NCBI GenBank assembly: GCA_965655095.1 | Contig: OZ296650.1 | Span: forward strand, 50,964,001-51,028,000 | Length of the DNA: 64,000 nucleotides | Source: Haplodiscus bocki | Taxonomy: Eukaryota | Reading direction: 5' to 3' | In this document: piece after piece, positions 35,701-49,800 of the stretch | Layout of the letters: every line of letters starts with the position of its first letter | How positions within the stretch are numbered: position 1 is the first letter of the stretch | Notes under the pieces: generated by a model | What the model saw: only the letters and a program-made list of their open reading frames with translations | Databases searched by the model: none | What the model was told of the DNA's origin: nothing | Translations under genes and position numbers: made by a program

Positions 35701-38700
35701 CGGTTAACTCAAACCTCATCTGTATGCATTCGTTAAGGAAAATCTGCATAGGAGTCTGCTCAGTCAGGTACACTCGCAAGTAGATTGTTTAATGACAAAA
35801 TTATGACTAACCAGTTGCTCAAAATTATGTAATTTTTTCTTCGATTATATCGATTTTGTTAGTATTGGTTTTTGGTTAAAACTAATAACCGTATTTAGAC
35901 CCCACATATAAAACGAGGTAAAGGGTTCAGAGAAAATTACAAGGCGAGAGTTCCTCTTAGTTTATGAAGTTTTTCAAGTAGGTCGCACTGAGTAGTCGTG
36001 AATTGGAAAAAAATGGCCTGTAATCATTCTTTCCTCTACATATTTGGTTAAGATATTAGACACTTAGCAAAAAGAATCCAATGCCGTGAAAAATTACATC
36101 ACATATGATGACGTACTAGATGTAAGTTTTTGATAAACGTAAAGCGATATTCGTCGCAGGCGTAAAATTTGACCTTAGAACCGCTAGGGGTTCATTATGA
36201 CCAACAGTTTTTGTCAAATGGTTTACCCACGAAGCAGGTTTTCGGACGGTAGTTTTTTACGACGCTTACGTAGGTGTATACGAAAAAGTGAACAAAGCTA
36301 GTCAGGCATTTCGCTTGTTTCACAGTTTTAGCTTTTCCGACCCTTGCGAAAATTTTGAAAGTTCTCATTTTTGGTTGATTTTCTTCCGAGAGCAATGGTA
36401 CTTTGCAGATTGTCACTTTTTGTTGTCCCAAACCCACGTCCATTTGCAGAACGTTTCAAAGTTGTTTGTCTCCAATAATTCAAAAGAATCCATAAAAAAA
36501 CGACAGTTTCAACAAAATTTTTTATTCCAGCAGCAATGTCAAGCTTAGATTGCGTTCTGAGTACAAACATTTGCTGCTACATAGGCGTCAATTTGTTGCT
36601 ATACGGATCAGCTACAAAGATGGTTCACATGGTCTAAGTCAACAGGGTTTATCAGTATTTTCGATAAACAAAGTCCAGACCACTGATTTTTAAAGTTGGG
36701 TGCGTTCTTATGTTGTTTAAATTTTGCAGTGACCCAGTTTGACTAAAACTTCATCACGTACGGCAGTTAGAGCTAGCGAACCTTGAACCTTCACCACAAC
36801 AGGAGGTTCAGGCGTTAGTTTATTCTTGAGTTATGTTTTATTACCACATCAGAGGGGAGTTTGGCAAAAATGCAATTCAATCAGAGACTACTCAACTTCT
36901 CTTTAATTATAAGCAGTTAGGGAACAAGTGTCCCACGAGAATTCTTTTTTCGAAACTCCAATTCTTTCATAGTCGTTGTTTTTGACATCCGTTTCTTAAA
37001 GTCGTTTCATAGAAAGTTTGATCATGTAAATCTCTCCGCATGGGTGTGAAATTAAAAAAGACCAGAGTTTGAACGAGAAGGCAAGGGCGACGTGTTGCAT
37101 TAACATCTTACTAGCACTAACGGCTTCAAACATATATAACATAGTCTTTTCTAAAAGAGTTCGAAGGCATTTCGTATTTCTGTCAGTCCGGCACGGCGGT
37201 CCCAGGAATGTTTTTGATAACTGGAGTGCTGGCTTTTTGTGCTGATTTGCTGCATGTTCGGAGGGGCACAAACCTGTCTTTCGTTGTGCTGGGGAATTGT
37301 TGTCGGCCTTCGTTGGCTCTGGATAGGTTACTATCCTTTTTCATCTTTCGTTGTTGGTTGAGGGGCAATCGTTGTCTTCGGTTCATCATTGATGCTGAGA
37401 TGGGCGGAGGACGCATACCTCATCATCTTGGTGCATGTGCATTTATTCAGTGATTCAGTTTCTAGCTGAGTGCCGCAAAATGGTTTTAATTATTCATCTA
37501 TTTTCATCCACCGTCGGTCTAGTGCTTGTGCAATGGATGCGGAATATCGGTGCAGTCTGCAGGGCAAAAACCAAATTGACTTCTAAAGAGTGAAAATGGC
37601 ACTTAGCTCATGTGTCCGTATCTTCTTGACTTCGCTTTTCTAATCTTCGTGACGCCACGTCTACTTAAGTGCCTATTATGTCGCTTTTTTGCGAGAGAAT
37701 GGATCGTCTCAGGCGGCGCTGTATGCCTGAGGAAGAAAACACTTTCAGTAATTTGAGTTTTATTGCTAATTGGAATATGTTGCATGTTGTTTTGTTTCTC
37801 GTAATGTGTAAGCTATTTTGTGTAGAAAAAACTCCCCGGTGTTTTCTGGAGTTCTGCCGGCTGTTTGCAACTGACCAGAAGGTGCAGAAGAATTTTCTGA
37901 ATTGCCGGCTTTCAATTAGCATTAGCAGCGAGTTGTGAACGAGTTTCCTCCGTTTTCTCTATTGGGTCAAGATGTTAGTGATGTTGTCCAGCTAAGTATT
38001 TCTGACGTGGAAGCTGCTGCTCAACTTATGTTCACATCAGTGTACAGGGAATGGACAGCTGTCGTATCGATTGTTGATTTTGTGGGATCATCGCCTGCGG
38101 TGGTGAAAAATGGCTCTCTGGTTGGTGGTTTACTTGAGATATTTTTGACTCCGTGGTACCGTCTAGTACTGTGGAGGTATATGTGCACACTGATGTCCAG
38201 TATTATACGAAACAATATCCTGGACCATGTGACACCTTTCTTGTTTGTTGTTTGGGTTTTTTGGGGGTTCTTGGCTTTATTTAACCCAACATAACATGTA
38301 TAGAAGAAATTTGATGTTTTCACACTAAACTGTTTTAGTTTTATTATTTGTATCAAAAGTTTTTTTTGGAAAAAGTTTTTTTTTGACTTGACGTAAAAGA
38401 CCTTGAATGGAAAAAACTGATGATTTCGCCTTTGGGTCTTGAGTTTTTTTTACGCCTAAGGCTTTCATGAGTTAGCACGTGTGGAATGACGGGTACCTCA
38501 CCAGTCTTGAATTTATCCCCCGAGAAATAACGGAAATTATACAGTGTATACATACTGCATAGCAATATTCATGAGTTAAAAACAATTCACTCTTCTTGGA
38601 GTTTTTCATGTCACTATTGTCGGTCATAAGCTAATAGTGGGCTGAAACTTGGAATTTTTTGATCAGTTACAGTCGTAGTTAGGTGAGGGGTAGGGTGGTG

Positions 38701-38949
38701 CATAGGTGTGGTAATGTTGTGTATTTTGGGTCGATCTGGATTGGGGATGAGGCAATGGGGAGGTTACGTAAAGGGGTAAACATTTAGTTGTAGAGGCTGA
38801 AAAACAAAAAAAATTGAAGCACCTATTCTTGAAAAAAAGCAGATTACTACATTGAAAGAAAATCTAGTAGATCTAATTTTAATGGTTGCTCTGAGAACTC
38901 ATGTTTGGTTTTGATTTCTTTAATTTCTTTTGGTTTTATAATAGCTCCC

Positions 38950-40100
38950 GCAGTTAGGAGTGCTCTTTGACTGGGGCGTCTAGCTGTCAGTGAGTGGGTT
39001 TGGTATTTTCAAGATAGATTTGTAGTGGAAGTAAGAGTGTAGTAAACAAGAATGTAATTTATCCCTGTCAACGGATGAAACTGTTTTATTTGATTCATTC
39101 GAAGTTTAAGCCATGAATGTTTTCCCATGAATTTTTGTTACAAGTGAACAGTTCTTCTGTGACCTTTGCGGAAAATAAATGCTTGCTGATGACCTCTGCT
39201 GAATGCTGCTGGCTATCTGTTGTACTTCATCGCGTGTAACCGATGGTTGAACTGTTGCAGGAGCTTCGGTGATTCGATCGATTTAATGACAATTCGGTGC
39301 TTCAGATAATTGGAGTTTAGAAAGGCGTCCCAAAACCATCGATTTTATTGCCGTGTGTTCCGGCAACAAGAGCCACTCCAGAAGGCCTGATCCCGGCTTG
39401 TTGAAACACATTATGACGATCAGTCGGTTTCTGGACCAATTGGACCCGTGGTTGCTGATAAATGCCTGGGGAACCGCAAAAAACGCTGTACTTACGAGTA
39501 CCTTAAAGAGAGTGTTGTTTTCCCAACTCTTGTTAGAGCCTAGCTTCTGGATCAGTAAGGTCTTGTGAGCATGTGTGTCAAACTGCCGAACATAAGGACT
39601 ATCAGACTGAATATTTTCCACATTTTCTTAGTAGTTGCACCAACCTAATATGCTAAAATTACTGAAACGTGCCAGTTTTGCTGCCGAAATGTTCTACGCT
39701 AGAAGGACCCCTCTATATGTCACGTCTTATTTTAATAACTAAATGGTATTGTTTGCGACCGTTCCGTTTATACACTTCCTCAGCAACTGGAAATCACTAC
39801 ACTTTGATAGGTGTTGGAAAATTGAGCCTCTTGGGGCCTGGGATTGAAAAGACAATATTTGCTAGCTCCTATTCAAACGCTCTCAAAGTAGTCTCAAATT
39901 GGGTATCTCAAAATGACGTTTTGGTCCCCAATATTGGCCACTGTTGAATTTAAGGTGATTTCGAACTGTTCAGTCCAAATTATGGCCAAAATTTTGAACG
40001 TCCAGGAAAATTTGAACTTGGTTTCAAAATATTTGGCCATGCCTGTCAACTCGCGGGCAGTTAGCAAAAGGTCATGGATTCTAGCGACATGTTGTTAACA
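38950..40100 (-). mobile_element. Highly decayed non-LTR retrotransposon RT fragment
   Basis: IFLDVQNF (cf. FLDV.KAFD), APRGSIF (cf. GVPQGS.L), downstream LGSNKSWENNTLFK. Confidence 0.45.
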
Positions 40101-42474
40101 TCCCTCGATGTTTCAAGACAAGACGTTTTTGAACCGATTCGTCACCCGTTTCCGGAAAAAAAAGTAGGAGGAGGACGTAATAGCTCTAGAGACAGCTTTG
40201 CAAGAAACGTTTTTCCATATGAGTGAGACAACGTAGAATACCACTTGAAGTTATGCACCGGTTGAGTTATTGTTGCAGCGACACAAATAGCGTTTCCCAA
40301 ATTATTAGTTTGGAAATGATATTTTTTCCGAGAAAACTCATTTTCAGTATTGTATTAATTTAGTGGATCAATTAAATTAAACAGTGTGTTGCAAATAATA
40401 GTTTGAGTTGGTCGAATAAATTTTTTTTCAGTCCAGGAAAATAATGGCCGAGTTCTAAGACAATACAACCTATCCACATGATTTAGATTCGCTTGATTGC
40501 ATCGAATTCTTTTCAAAAATATTCCGCATTTTATTCACTAAATGTCATTTTCATGACTTTCGATTTCCAATCTGCTTCCCAGAGAAAAAACATGCCAGCG
40601 GTTTCTTGAACATAAAAAACTAAATTGGAACCTGTTGTTTATTTTTATGAACACATTATTTTGATGAAGATTCCCTCATGGATTTCTCGTCCATTGATTC
40701 TTAAGACCTAAAATCTGATGGAATCAGTTTGGAATCAAACCAAAACTCATCAATCAAATTTTGTCAGTTGATGAAGCAATCTATCTATCACTAGAGGCAC
40801 AAACAAAACGTCAGCAGCTCTTTTATCAAGTCAAATCTCTTTGCACGGGATATCAGCCACGTTTTATTGTTACGTCATATAGCAAGTCAACCAACGACCC
40901 TCAACCATGGCACTCTGCGGTCTCTGAAACATGGCAGACACCATGATTTCAATGGCGGAACGTGGTGATGAAAAAAGTTTTGTGAAAAGTGAAAGTATTT
41001 CTTACCGACCGAATGGAATAAATTTTAATCATCTATGTAATAATGTATGTATGGTATGCATATGGTGGTAACTGCTGCATATAAAGCTTAAATACTATAT
41101 ACCACATTGGTACAACATCAACATAACGCCCTCCTCTGGCGGATATATGATACCCTTATATACTTTTGATAGACCAGTGATGAAATACTAAGTGGCGTGT
41201 GGTACCTGTATATGTATGAGCGAATGGTGGATTTTGAGTTATTATACTGTACATGCATGTATAAGAGGTTGGCAAAGAGGAAACAGAGGAGCTTGCGAGC
41301 AGGTGATTTCAGGAAAAGAGATGCAAAGTGATTGAATTCAAACAACTATTTCTTCTTTGCTCGCCTAGCACCTGTTCCGCTTCGCAGCAGAGGCACAATA
41401 GCAGAGCGGAGCAGATGCAGAAACAAAGCTGCTTTAGAGTTTTGCCAGAGGGGGCAAAAGTATTGGCAGCAGAAGTATTAAAGGTACTTTTCATCTTCTG
41501 TAGTCATCCAACTTTGTAGCAGCAGCATCAACCACGAACCATGAGCAGAACCAAGAAACATTCCAATGACGTCACGAATACTTAATTTTTCATCAATCAT
41601 TCATAAATAAATTTGGTTGGTACTACGACACCACGATTGCACTACTACTATAGTTACTATCCTGAGACCAGCAGCCGCACCATTACTTTTCCATTATCCA
41701 TTATACTCTGTTCTAAGCAAGTGCATCCCACCAAACCAACCCCCTCCTCACTACCTCACTACCTGACTGCGAGCCACCCCTCGACAGCGAGGCCATCGAG
41801 TACATCCCCTACCTTCCGTGGCAGTGCTGGTGGCGGCGTCTCTTCCACTCCCGCTCCGTTCTCTTTCTTTCCTCCTCTTCTCTTCCCGTCTCTCTTTTTA
41901 TCAGTTTCATCCCCCCATCCATCCGTTCCTCTCTTTTCCCTCTGTTCTTCTCGCTCTCTCTTTTTCTTTTTTCTTCATCTTTACACTCCTGTATGTGGCA
42001 AATACCAAGTCTTGTTTTAATTAACAAGCTATATACTAAGCGTGGCTGCTCTATCTATCGCATTATAATAGCTATTTTCTCTCAAACACTTTTTCATCCT
42101 AACAATTTTCCCCGTCGAACTCAGACGAGCCATTTCCTTCTGTACTCCTAGTCTTGCTCTCCTAATGCAAGGCCATCTCGGTCGCCACCAACACCACCAC
42201 CTCTGTCGCGTTATTTTTGCTTCCCCTGGGAATGTGTTCACTGCTACTTGCTCTCACATCTAAACTAACAAACTGTCAACAAAATTTTCAATTGAGCTAC
42301 AGGGCACAGAATAAATTTTATACCATTCACTTTCAAATTGCTCACTTCCTTATCTAAAAGAACAAATATTTCCATTGTTTTATTACCTACATTAAATGCC
42401 ACTCCTTCATCGATCTCTTTTTGGTTTTATCTGTAATAAACATACCTTGTAATATTAAGTAGTTATGATATTAA

Positions 42475-42505
42475 CTAGCAGACTGGCAGCTGCATTCGCT
42501 GCCCG
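42475..42505 (-). mobile_element. Canonical Helitron 3' terminus
   Basis: Minus strand has a GGCAGC-gaatgca-GCTGCC hairpin, 6 nt, then CTAG followed by T. Confidence 0.5.
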
Positions 42506-44507
42506 TTTAACAATCAACTACAACATTTTACCATGCTCATTTATGACGTCATTTTAAACTCATATCAAAACTTCGCGACTATTTTTCAACTTTTTTTGTG
42601 ACCAGCTTCTGGTTGCCGTTTCATTGAATAACGCACCATCATACAGTAACGCCAAGCAGTGTTATGATACTTGCAACTTTGGCAGCAGTAGAAAGTCCGT
42701 ATGTTTAACATTGGCATTGACAGTATTTGGTTAATTTCTTCCCATTACATTTGATTTCTTTCGCTCAATTTCGCGCTTCCCGTTTATGTCATGTTTCCTC
42801 TTCAAACCTCTGCTATTTTTAAAGTTTTCTCTCTTCTGTTTCCCATTCCGGAGTCGGCTGAGATTTTCAATTCGAGCAGTAGATAAACACTAGACAAACA
42901 AGATAAACGCAGCCTCAGCAATAGAAGAATAAATAGTATTAGAAATCATAGTTGTAATGGTGACGTCTTTGCTGTTCCGATCAAACATGACAGCCCCGTC
43001 CTCCTGTTCTGAAGAATTAAAATAATGCACATCATCCCAAATGCATCATACTCTCATCCTTACCCCATCCCCGACAAGGTAGTAGTGTTACATCTTCACA
43101 GATTTGACAGCAGCGCATCAGTTCAACCAACCGCCATCACTACCATCACCGACAGGAGCACGTCGTCTTAATTCAACCTCTTTTCTGCCCTCATTTTCTC
43201 ATACCATCTTGTCTTGTTCTTCCTTTTAATTATCCTTCTTTCCCTCCGCCTGTCCCTTTTTTTATTCCTCTCTCTCCCTATTTCTCCTTTGCAACCCTCC
43301 CGCCCACTGTAATACCTGCACCGCCACCAACTCCAAATCATAACAGTAAAAAAAGAACATACAACAACAGAAGCGAACAGATCAGAACAGAACTGAACTG
43401 AACCATTGCCCCGTCAAATACATCATTAGAACAGCAGCACTGCTCGGCACCCAGTCACCCACCACCGTCGCCGCCTCGACACCTTCTCGACCCTTCTTTT
43501 GCCATCATTTTGCAATACTCTCGGTCCCAGTAATCGCTTTTCAAATATCATTATTTCCATTCAATGCATTGCGCTCTAAAATTATCACCAAATGACGTCA
43601 AATTGGTTCAAGCTAATCTTTTCCAAAACAGACTGCAGATGTACTGCCGAAACAGTTGGAACCGTCTAGCAATGTCTGAGCACATTTTCATCAAATAAAA
43701 AGAGGTTTTTTTCAGTTTAATTTGTCAATCTTGTCTGTGTTCCTGTTGCTTTTGTTTCTTCTTTCAGTTATCACATGATCAATTAATTTTCTGTCACTTT
43801 TGGCTGGAGGGTCCACATCAATCAGTCTGTTGTCTACCAACTACCGTACCAAGTACCGGACGTACACCGCAGTCTCCCTGGTTTCCTGTCCCCCATCGCT
43901 GCTTTTCCTTCCCTTCGGCATATCTGAGACGACAATCAAGCATTTCATTTTGGACTCCATTTCCTCCAACCATCTCATCACTCTTCAGCTTTTCCCTGAG
44001 TTTTTTATACACAGCCCTCAAATGGCCGTCGTCTTTCCAGTACCTCCCCTAAGAAGTTTGATGGATGGCTTCAATGAAGGGATAATGGCGAAACGCAGCA
44101 AAAGTGGTCAAATCATTTGTGTTTACATTCCAATAAATGAACACTGATGAAAAGAAGTGAATTTTTATCAATAAGAAATATTTGATTTACTGTTCCGGGT
44201 TTTAGTTATTTTTTACATCCCTATTTATGCAGTTATTTATGAAACCTGTTTATGTAACCAGATGGAACCTTTGCAACCGCAGCCATGTTTCACAAAAAAG
44301 GTAAAAAAATTGTAATTAAAGCTTCTCTGTGTTTTGTTTACGAAGGCAACCAAAGCTCTGTGGTTTTGGACAGTCTTGTTCTGCACATTTTGTGACCATC
44401 TTTCTTTTTCGTATTTTCAAACGCAGTCGCAGCTTCCTGCTTTTTGTTTTTTACACTGCTGCTTTTGGCGATGAAACAAATATTCTTTTGTGAATGCACT
44501 TCTTTTT

Positions 44508-44513
<6 letters not shown>

Positions 44514-44574
<61 letters not shown>
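44514..44574. repeat. (CT)n followed by (CTTT)n microsatellite
   Basis: About 20 CT units then about 5 CTTT units. Confidence 0.95.
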
Positions 44575-46899
44575 GTCTCTCCCTTCGCATAGAAATTAAG
44601 GCGGAAATACTACAATGTCTGGGAACTCCATGAAATACAGTTCCATAAAACAATTGCAATTCCACAGCACACACTTTCCAGTTGATGTTTCTGCAATCAT
44701 TTCTAGTACAGTAATTGGAAACACCTGTTAAATGATTTATGCTCTCATGCATAATCTTACTGAGACCGAATCAACTTGAATGATTAGTGATTACAACGTC
44801 TTTGTCTGGTCCAAAAAATGCTTTTGGCTAATTATTTCTAAAACCACTCTCCGCATATGCACGCACATTCTGACAACCTAACTGCATTGAAAACAGCTTA
44901 TACATTGGTTTAGAAGAAAAAGGAAAAAGATCAGGTAAATAATAGTTTACTCAATGTGATGATTCCGAAAATCTATCGAAGCTGAGATGACAGCGGGGAA
45001 CTAATCTCAGGTGAGACCGCAGCTATGTTGCTATCTTACAAATCCGTACACTTTGCAAAACCAGATTAATTCAAAGTTTTAGATGAATTTTCAGAACTTT
45101 CAAGCACCCGCGTGTTCTTTTAAAACCATATTTCATAAGTTTTGCAATAATTCCGATAATTTCATCAATTCACACCCAAGATGAACAAGGCAAAGTTGAA
45201 CAAAGTTTTGAATTGGGCTGAACTATTTCATTATTTTAGTGAAGTTACTAAACTAACTAACATATATATGAAATTCAAATCACTTATGTAATTCTACATA
45301 CATATAATAGACATTTAGTTAGCATATTTGTACCTCATGAAATCCATCCTGTTCATTAATACACTAGTAGCACGCGGAAGATTAGTCCGAAGTCCATAAC
45401 AATGTTTTCAGTGTTTTACTATTCCGCAGTATTACACTGTAATCACATTGGTCCAAATAATTTGAAATCCTACCGTACTGCTGAAAATTGAAGGACGCAA
45501 TAAAGTAACGCTGCAAAATTAGAGTGATCAGAGCTTGTTTTTAAGACCTACTTTTTACAAGTTTACTCAGAGCGAACGGTAGACTTACAACAAGGAAGGA
45601 AAGACGGCTAAATTAAGTTTTTTTTAACCACCAAATGATTTCTTTTTTGAACGATGTTGACAGTGTTTTTTGAAAAAACACATATAGCAAAATATTGATA
45701 ATTCTTCACATCTAACTACATACAAGAAGCTAGGATGCCGAATGATCAAGTCGTTATATAAAACAAGATTTTCCAGGATTGCCGAAAAAGTTTCCGATTT
45801 GTCACAAACAGGCCCTAGCGACTGTTTTATGACCACGAACTGTCAATTCTTTTATGATCACAGCAATGTGGTCAAATACAACAACTATGCCATCATTTTC
45901 ATCCGACCAAACATTTGGGCAAATACAACATGTAACAGAGTGAGTTTGAAAAAGGAGAAACAAACAGTTCACTTTGACATGACATTTCTCCTTGATGCTT
46001 TGAACACATCAGCCAGAATAAAAAGCGTTGCTTACACGTCTTCTTGGCCATTTGTTTATAATACACAATTGCATGTGTACTCCTATGTCATAAACAAGAC
46101 ATTGTGCCTTGAAAAATTCTTAACCGTCATGGTTCACAGATCAGTTGAAATTTAGTGTCAACTACTGGTCTGTTTGACGGTATCATTACGTAGATACTGG
46201 GCAAACATATAGATGATATCTTTGGGAAACGTTAAATCCTTCGAACTTGAGTTACCCACGATGATATTAATGAACGAAATCATGCGTTTTACGTATTTTT
46301 TTGAGGTCACACAAGTACGTAACTTAGTACCACGCTAATTTTGCCTGTCACGATTTGTGGACTTTTTCTACTTTTGATGTATGGTATCATTGCAATTTTT
46401 AGACCTCCATTACAATGACGTAATGTAGAAAGAGGTGTGATTGCTTCTAGTTTCACTTTGAGCTGTAGTTTTTGTTGCAGTTGTATATATGACGTCAGCC
46501 AACCAGGCTTCCTGATTGGTTGACAATGTTGGAGGCCAACCGAAGAAGATGCAGCTTGGTCATGCCCCGCTATTTGAACTGAAAATCTTCAATTTTTCAG
46601 AAATTTACCATACATCATTTGTTTGCAAACTTCCCAAGAAGACTGAAAATGCTTTATCCTGATCTTTTAAAGTTACATTGTTATAATTTTTTTGGTAAGA
46701 ATTGTTATTGAAATTATTTGGTTTCTTAAGTGAAATTCACTCGTTATCATGGTTTCAATTCCAATGAAGACGAAGCATTGCAGAAGGCTTTTTAGGCTGT
46801 CGGATGACTTGACTTCAATCACGAAAAAACGATTGATAACTCACTGAGGAGTGAAAGACAAATTATTGATTTCACAGTAGGCAATGTTAAAGAAAAAGT

Positions 46900-49800
46900 T
46901 ACCTCCTATAGCAATAACGTATCGACGTTAACCAAGGAGTTTGCCGTAAATAAGTTTTTTTGCAAAAACTTAGTGTTAAAATTATCATTGAACTGGATAA
47001 AGTTGTTGTCACGGTCGAGAATATGACCCAAAATGCGATTTTGACTGCAGTGGATGGTATTTTTGTACCTATGAATGAACTAGCAGTTAATGTAATGAAA
47101 ACAATGTGATGACAACTTTTTTGCGGGAGTGCTGGGTAATTGGGCACCTGAGGAACAAGTAAGGCTCACTACTGGTTTCGTGAACGCTTCCGACAGGAAC
47201 AACTCTTCTTATTAGTGTAATTTGAATATCGAAAGTGGAACAAATAATCCTGGAAAAGGAAGTGAAACTTTGCTACACAGGTCTTTTTTGAGCGGAAATA
47301 ACACACTCATCACAGCTTTTTTTTCTTTCCCGCCGTCCTGGAAGAGACAAAATACGGTAGTCTATTACAGACCAAGACCAAATACCTATAACTTTCGCCT
47401 TGCGTTTGTTTGATTGGTATATAAGTAACTCAGATAATTTCTCCAAAACTTCTTTTTTGACCATCAGGCCTTTCTCAGCAACCATCAAGGTCTATGCAGC
47501 AGTAATGTTATGAAATAGTTTCAAGTATCAGGAAGGAGTAGGTTCAAACTAATGGTTGTAACTTGAAAAACGTCCACAAAAATGATTCCCAGGAGCTCCC
47601 AGAGCCATGCACGGGAACCCGGTCATCGAACGTGTGGTCATTCAGGAGAAGAAGGTTGGCCGTGGTCTGGACCTGGGTTATATCTTGTCCGACTATACCT
47701 TCTTGGATTACAACAATTGTTTCCTTCACAAAACATTTTTGATTCGCAATCACAGAAGTATTGGCAGGGAGCAGTAACCTGAAAGATGAAGGTTCGAGGT
47801 TAGTGGAATCCAATCCGACGAAAGTTGCACTCAGTGTCGGGGAAGCTATTTTCATGGTGTCTCTTTCATTAGAAGAGCAGAATTGTCAGTGTGCTTGATT
47901 CGTGATGGTTATCATAAAATGTTTGCCGTTTTCAAAGCTATGTATTGTTTCTTGCTCTACTTTTGCTAGTTTGATTGTAGTTTTTCACCTGTTAGAAATT
48001 AAATAACTTAGCCTATCGTGACGGCTCGAATGCTCAGTTCCTGCCAAATCAGTTTGTTCCATGCAGCTGAAATCCACCTCAGAAAAATCGAACAAGCCCC
48101 AAAACCCAAAAAATCGTTCTAATTTCTCGTCTCATTTTTGACGAGCACCTCTCGTAGTGAGCATCCTGTCCGTAAAAAATCCTGTCCGTGAACAAATAAA
48201 CGACAGTGATTTCTCTGAAAGGAACTCCTTTGGGGACTTTTTGAGAACGTGTCTTCTCTTTATCACCATTCTGGCAGACTTTCTCAGAGCTTCTATTTGA
48301 AATTGTGGGTTTTATAGAGTGTCTGTCTAAAGTGGAGCACAGCACCCTAAGTAAGATTCTGGCAGAAAATCAACTGAGTTTGTTTCCGCCTCACGAAAAC
48401 CGGCTGTTCAAACTCTAAGGCTATTGACGACAGCTGAACTCAAGAAGAACGAAGGAAGACTCAGAAACGATGAAAATGGAAGAACAATAGACTTAGGAGA
48501 AGTGGGTGAAGAGACTATTGTAAAAAAACGCCTCCATTGTAGTGCCTGCACTGGAAGAAGGTAACGTACAGTGAAGAGAAACCAGCACAAACCTCATAAA
48601 AATTTTGAAAAATTGGTTTGATACAGAGTTTTTGCCCAAATTCCTATAATTTCCGCATTTTGCTTTCTTAGTACAATTGTGTGCTATTGGGATATTGATT
48701 GTGTCGTCAGTCTGTCAAATTCGATTTCAATCCGTGATCTCTTAAGCCTATAGGTGCTTTGAAGTTCACCAACTCACTAGGGCCCGTAAAATGTGGAGTT
48801 TAGCTTGGAAAATTGGAAAACTTTAGCCTCAACTTTCGTCATATAATTAAAAGTGGAAGCGTGGAAAATCAGAAGCTCATCACAATTTTTACGCGTAGTC
48901 TACTCGTTCCTCCTGAAATTTCAAAATGCTGCGTCAAACCTTCTGCTCTCTTGACCCTGATGGTCAGTGGGAATTATTCGGTGTCTGTCTGAATATTTTC
49001 CAGAGAGTCTTGTTGAATCATGCACCTCGAAAAAAACACCAACGAGGTAGCACAGTCAAGTTTTCTGCCAACCAATTGTGTGAAAGATGCATTTTAAAAA
49101 GATCAAAGCGTCTTTCCGAAAAACCACCGTTCTTTTGGAGGAATACTTTCTTGAGAAAATTCTTTTCGTGCGGAAAAAAATTCTGTAATCACTTTCGAAC
49201 TTTGAGCAAAAAATATTAAACAGGGTTGTCGAAATTACCTTCTACATTTCAAGCAAAATATTTGCAAAAAAGTTTTTTTGTGAATAGAATGGAAACGGGT
49301 AATTATTTTCCAAACGCGAGCAAAATTTTTTGGATTTCTGGCGGGGAAATTTTCAGCACGATTGTCAAAACTGTAACCTACCCGTCCAGGCGAACATTTC
49401 AGGGTTTTCAAAAGTTTTCTACAGACTTGACAGCAACAGCAATTGACAACGACATTGCAGTTGGCAAAAATTGCGAAAAAACGCACCAAATGGCTGGACT
49501 GTTTTTTTCCAGATTTTGAAAAAGGCGGAATATGATAATATAAAAAGGTTAGTTTTTGGTCTCGATTTCATAAAAATTACCTCATTTCGTTTGTTCTGTG
49601 TTGATCAAACAATAAGGGGGCAAGTCAAAAGTTTACAGGTCTTAAAGTTATCCTGTCTTCTTTTCTTGCTTAATATGTTGGAGGGATAACCTGAGAGGTT
49701 TCTGATTTTTCTGAAGAATTTTCACGGAACGATGAGGCTGCAAGGTTTCCAGAGCAAATTTCCTCGGATTGAGGTTGGGCGCCCTCATCAAACTGGAGCA

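Noticed and set aside
37183-38356. Possible LINE ORF1 remnant
   Set aside because: Only a vague resemblance, with no intact zinc-knuckle motif.
41613-42241. Ser/Pro/Phe-rich and Arg/Glu-rich ORFs
   Set aside because: Artefacts of low-complexity pyrimidine tracts.
44417-44752. ORF with an ERERER run
   Set aside because: Translation of the (CT)n microsatellite.
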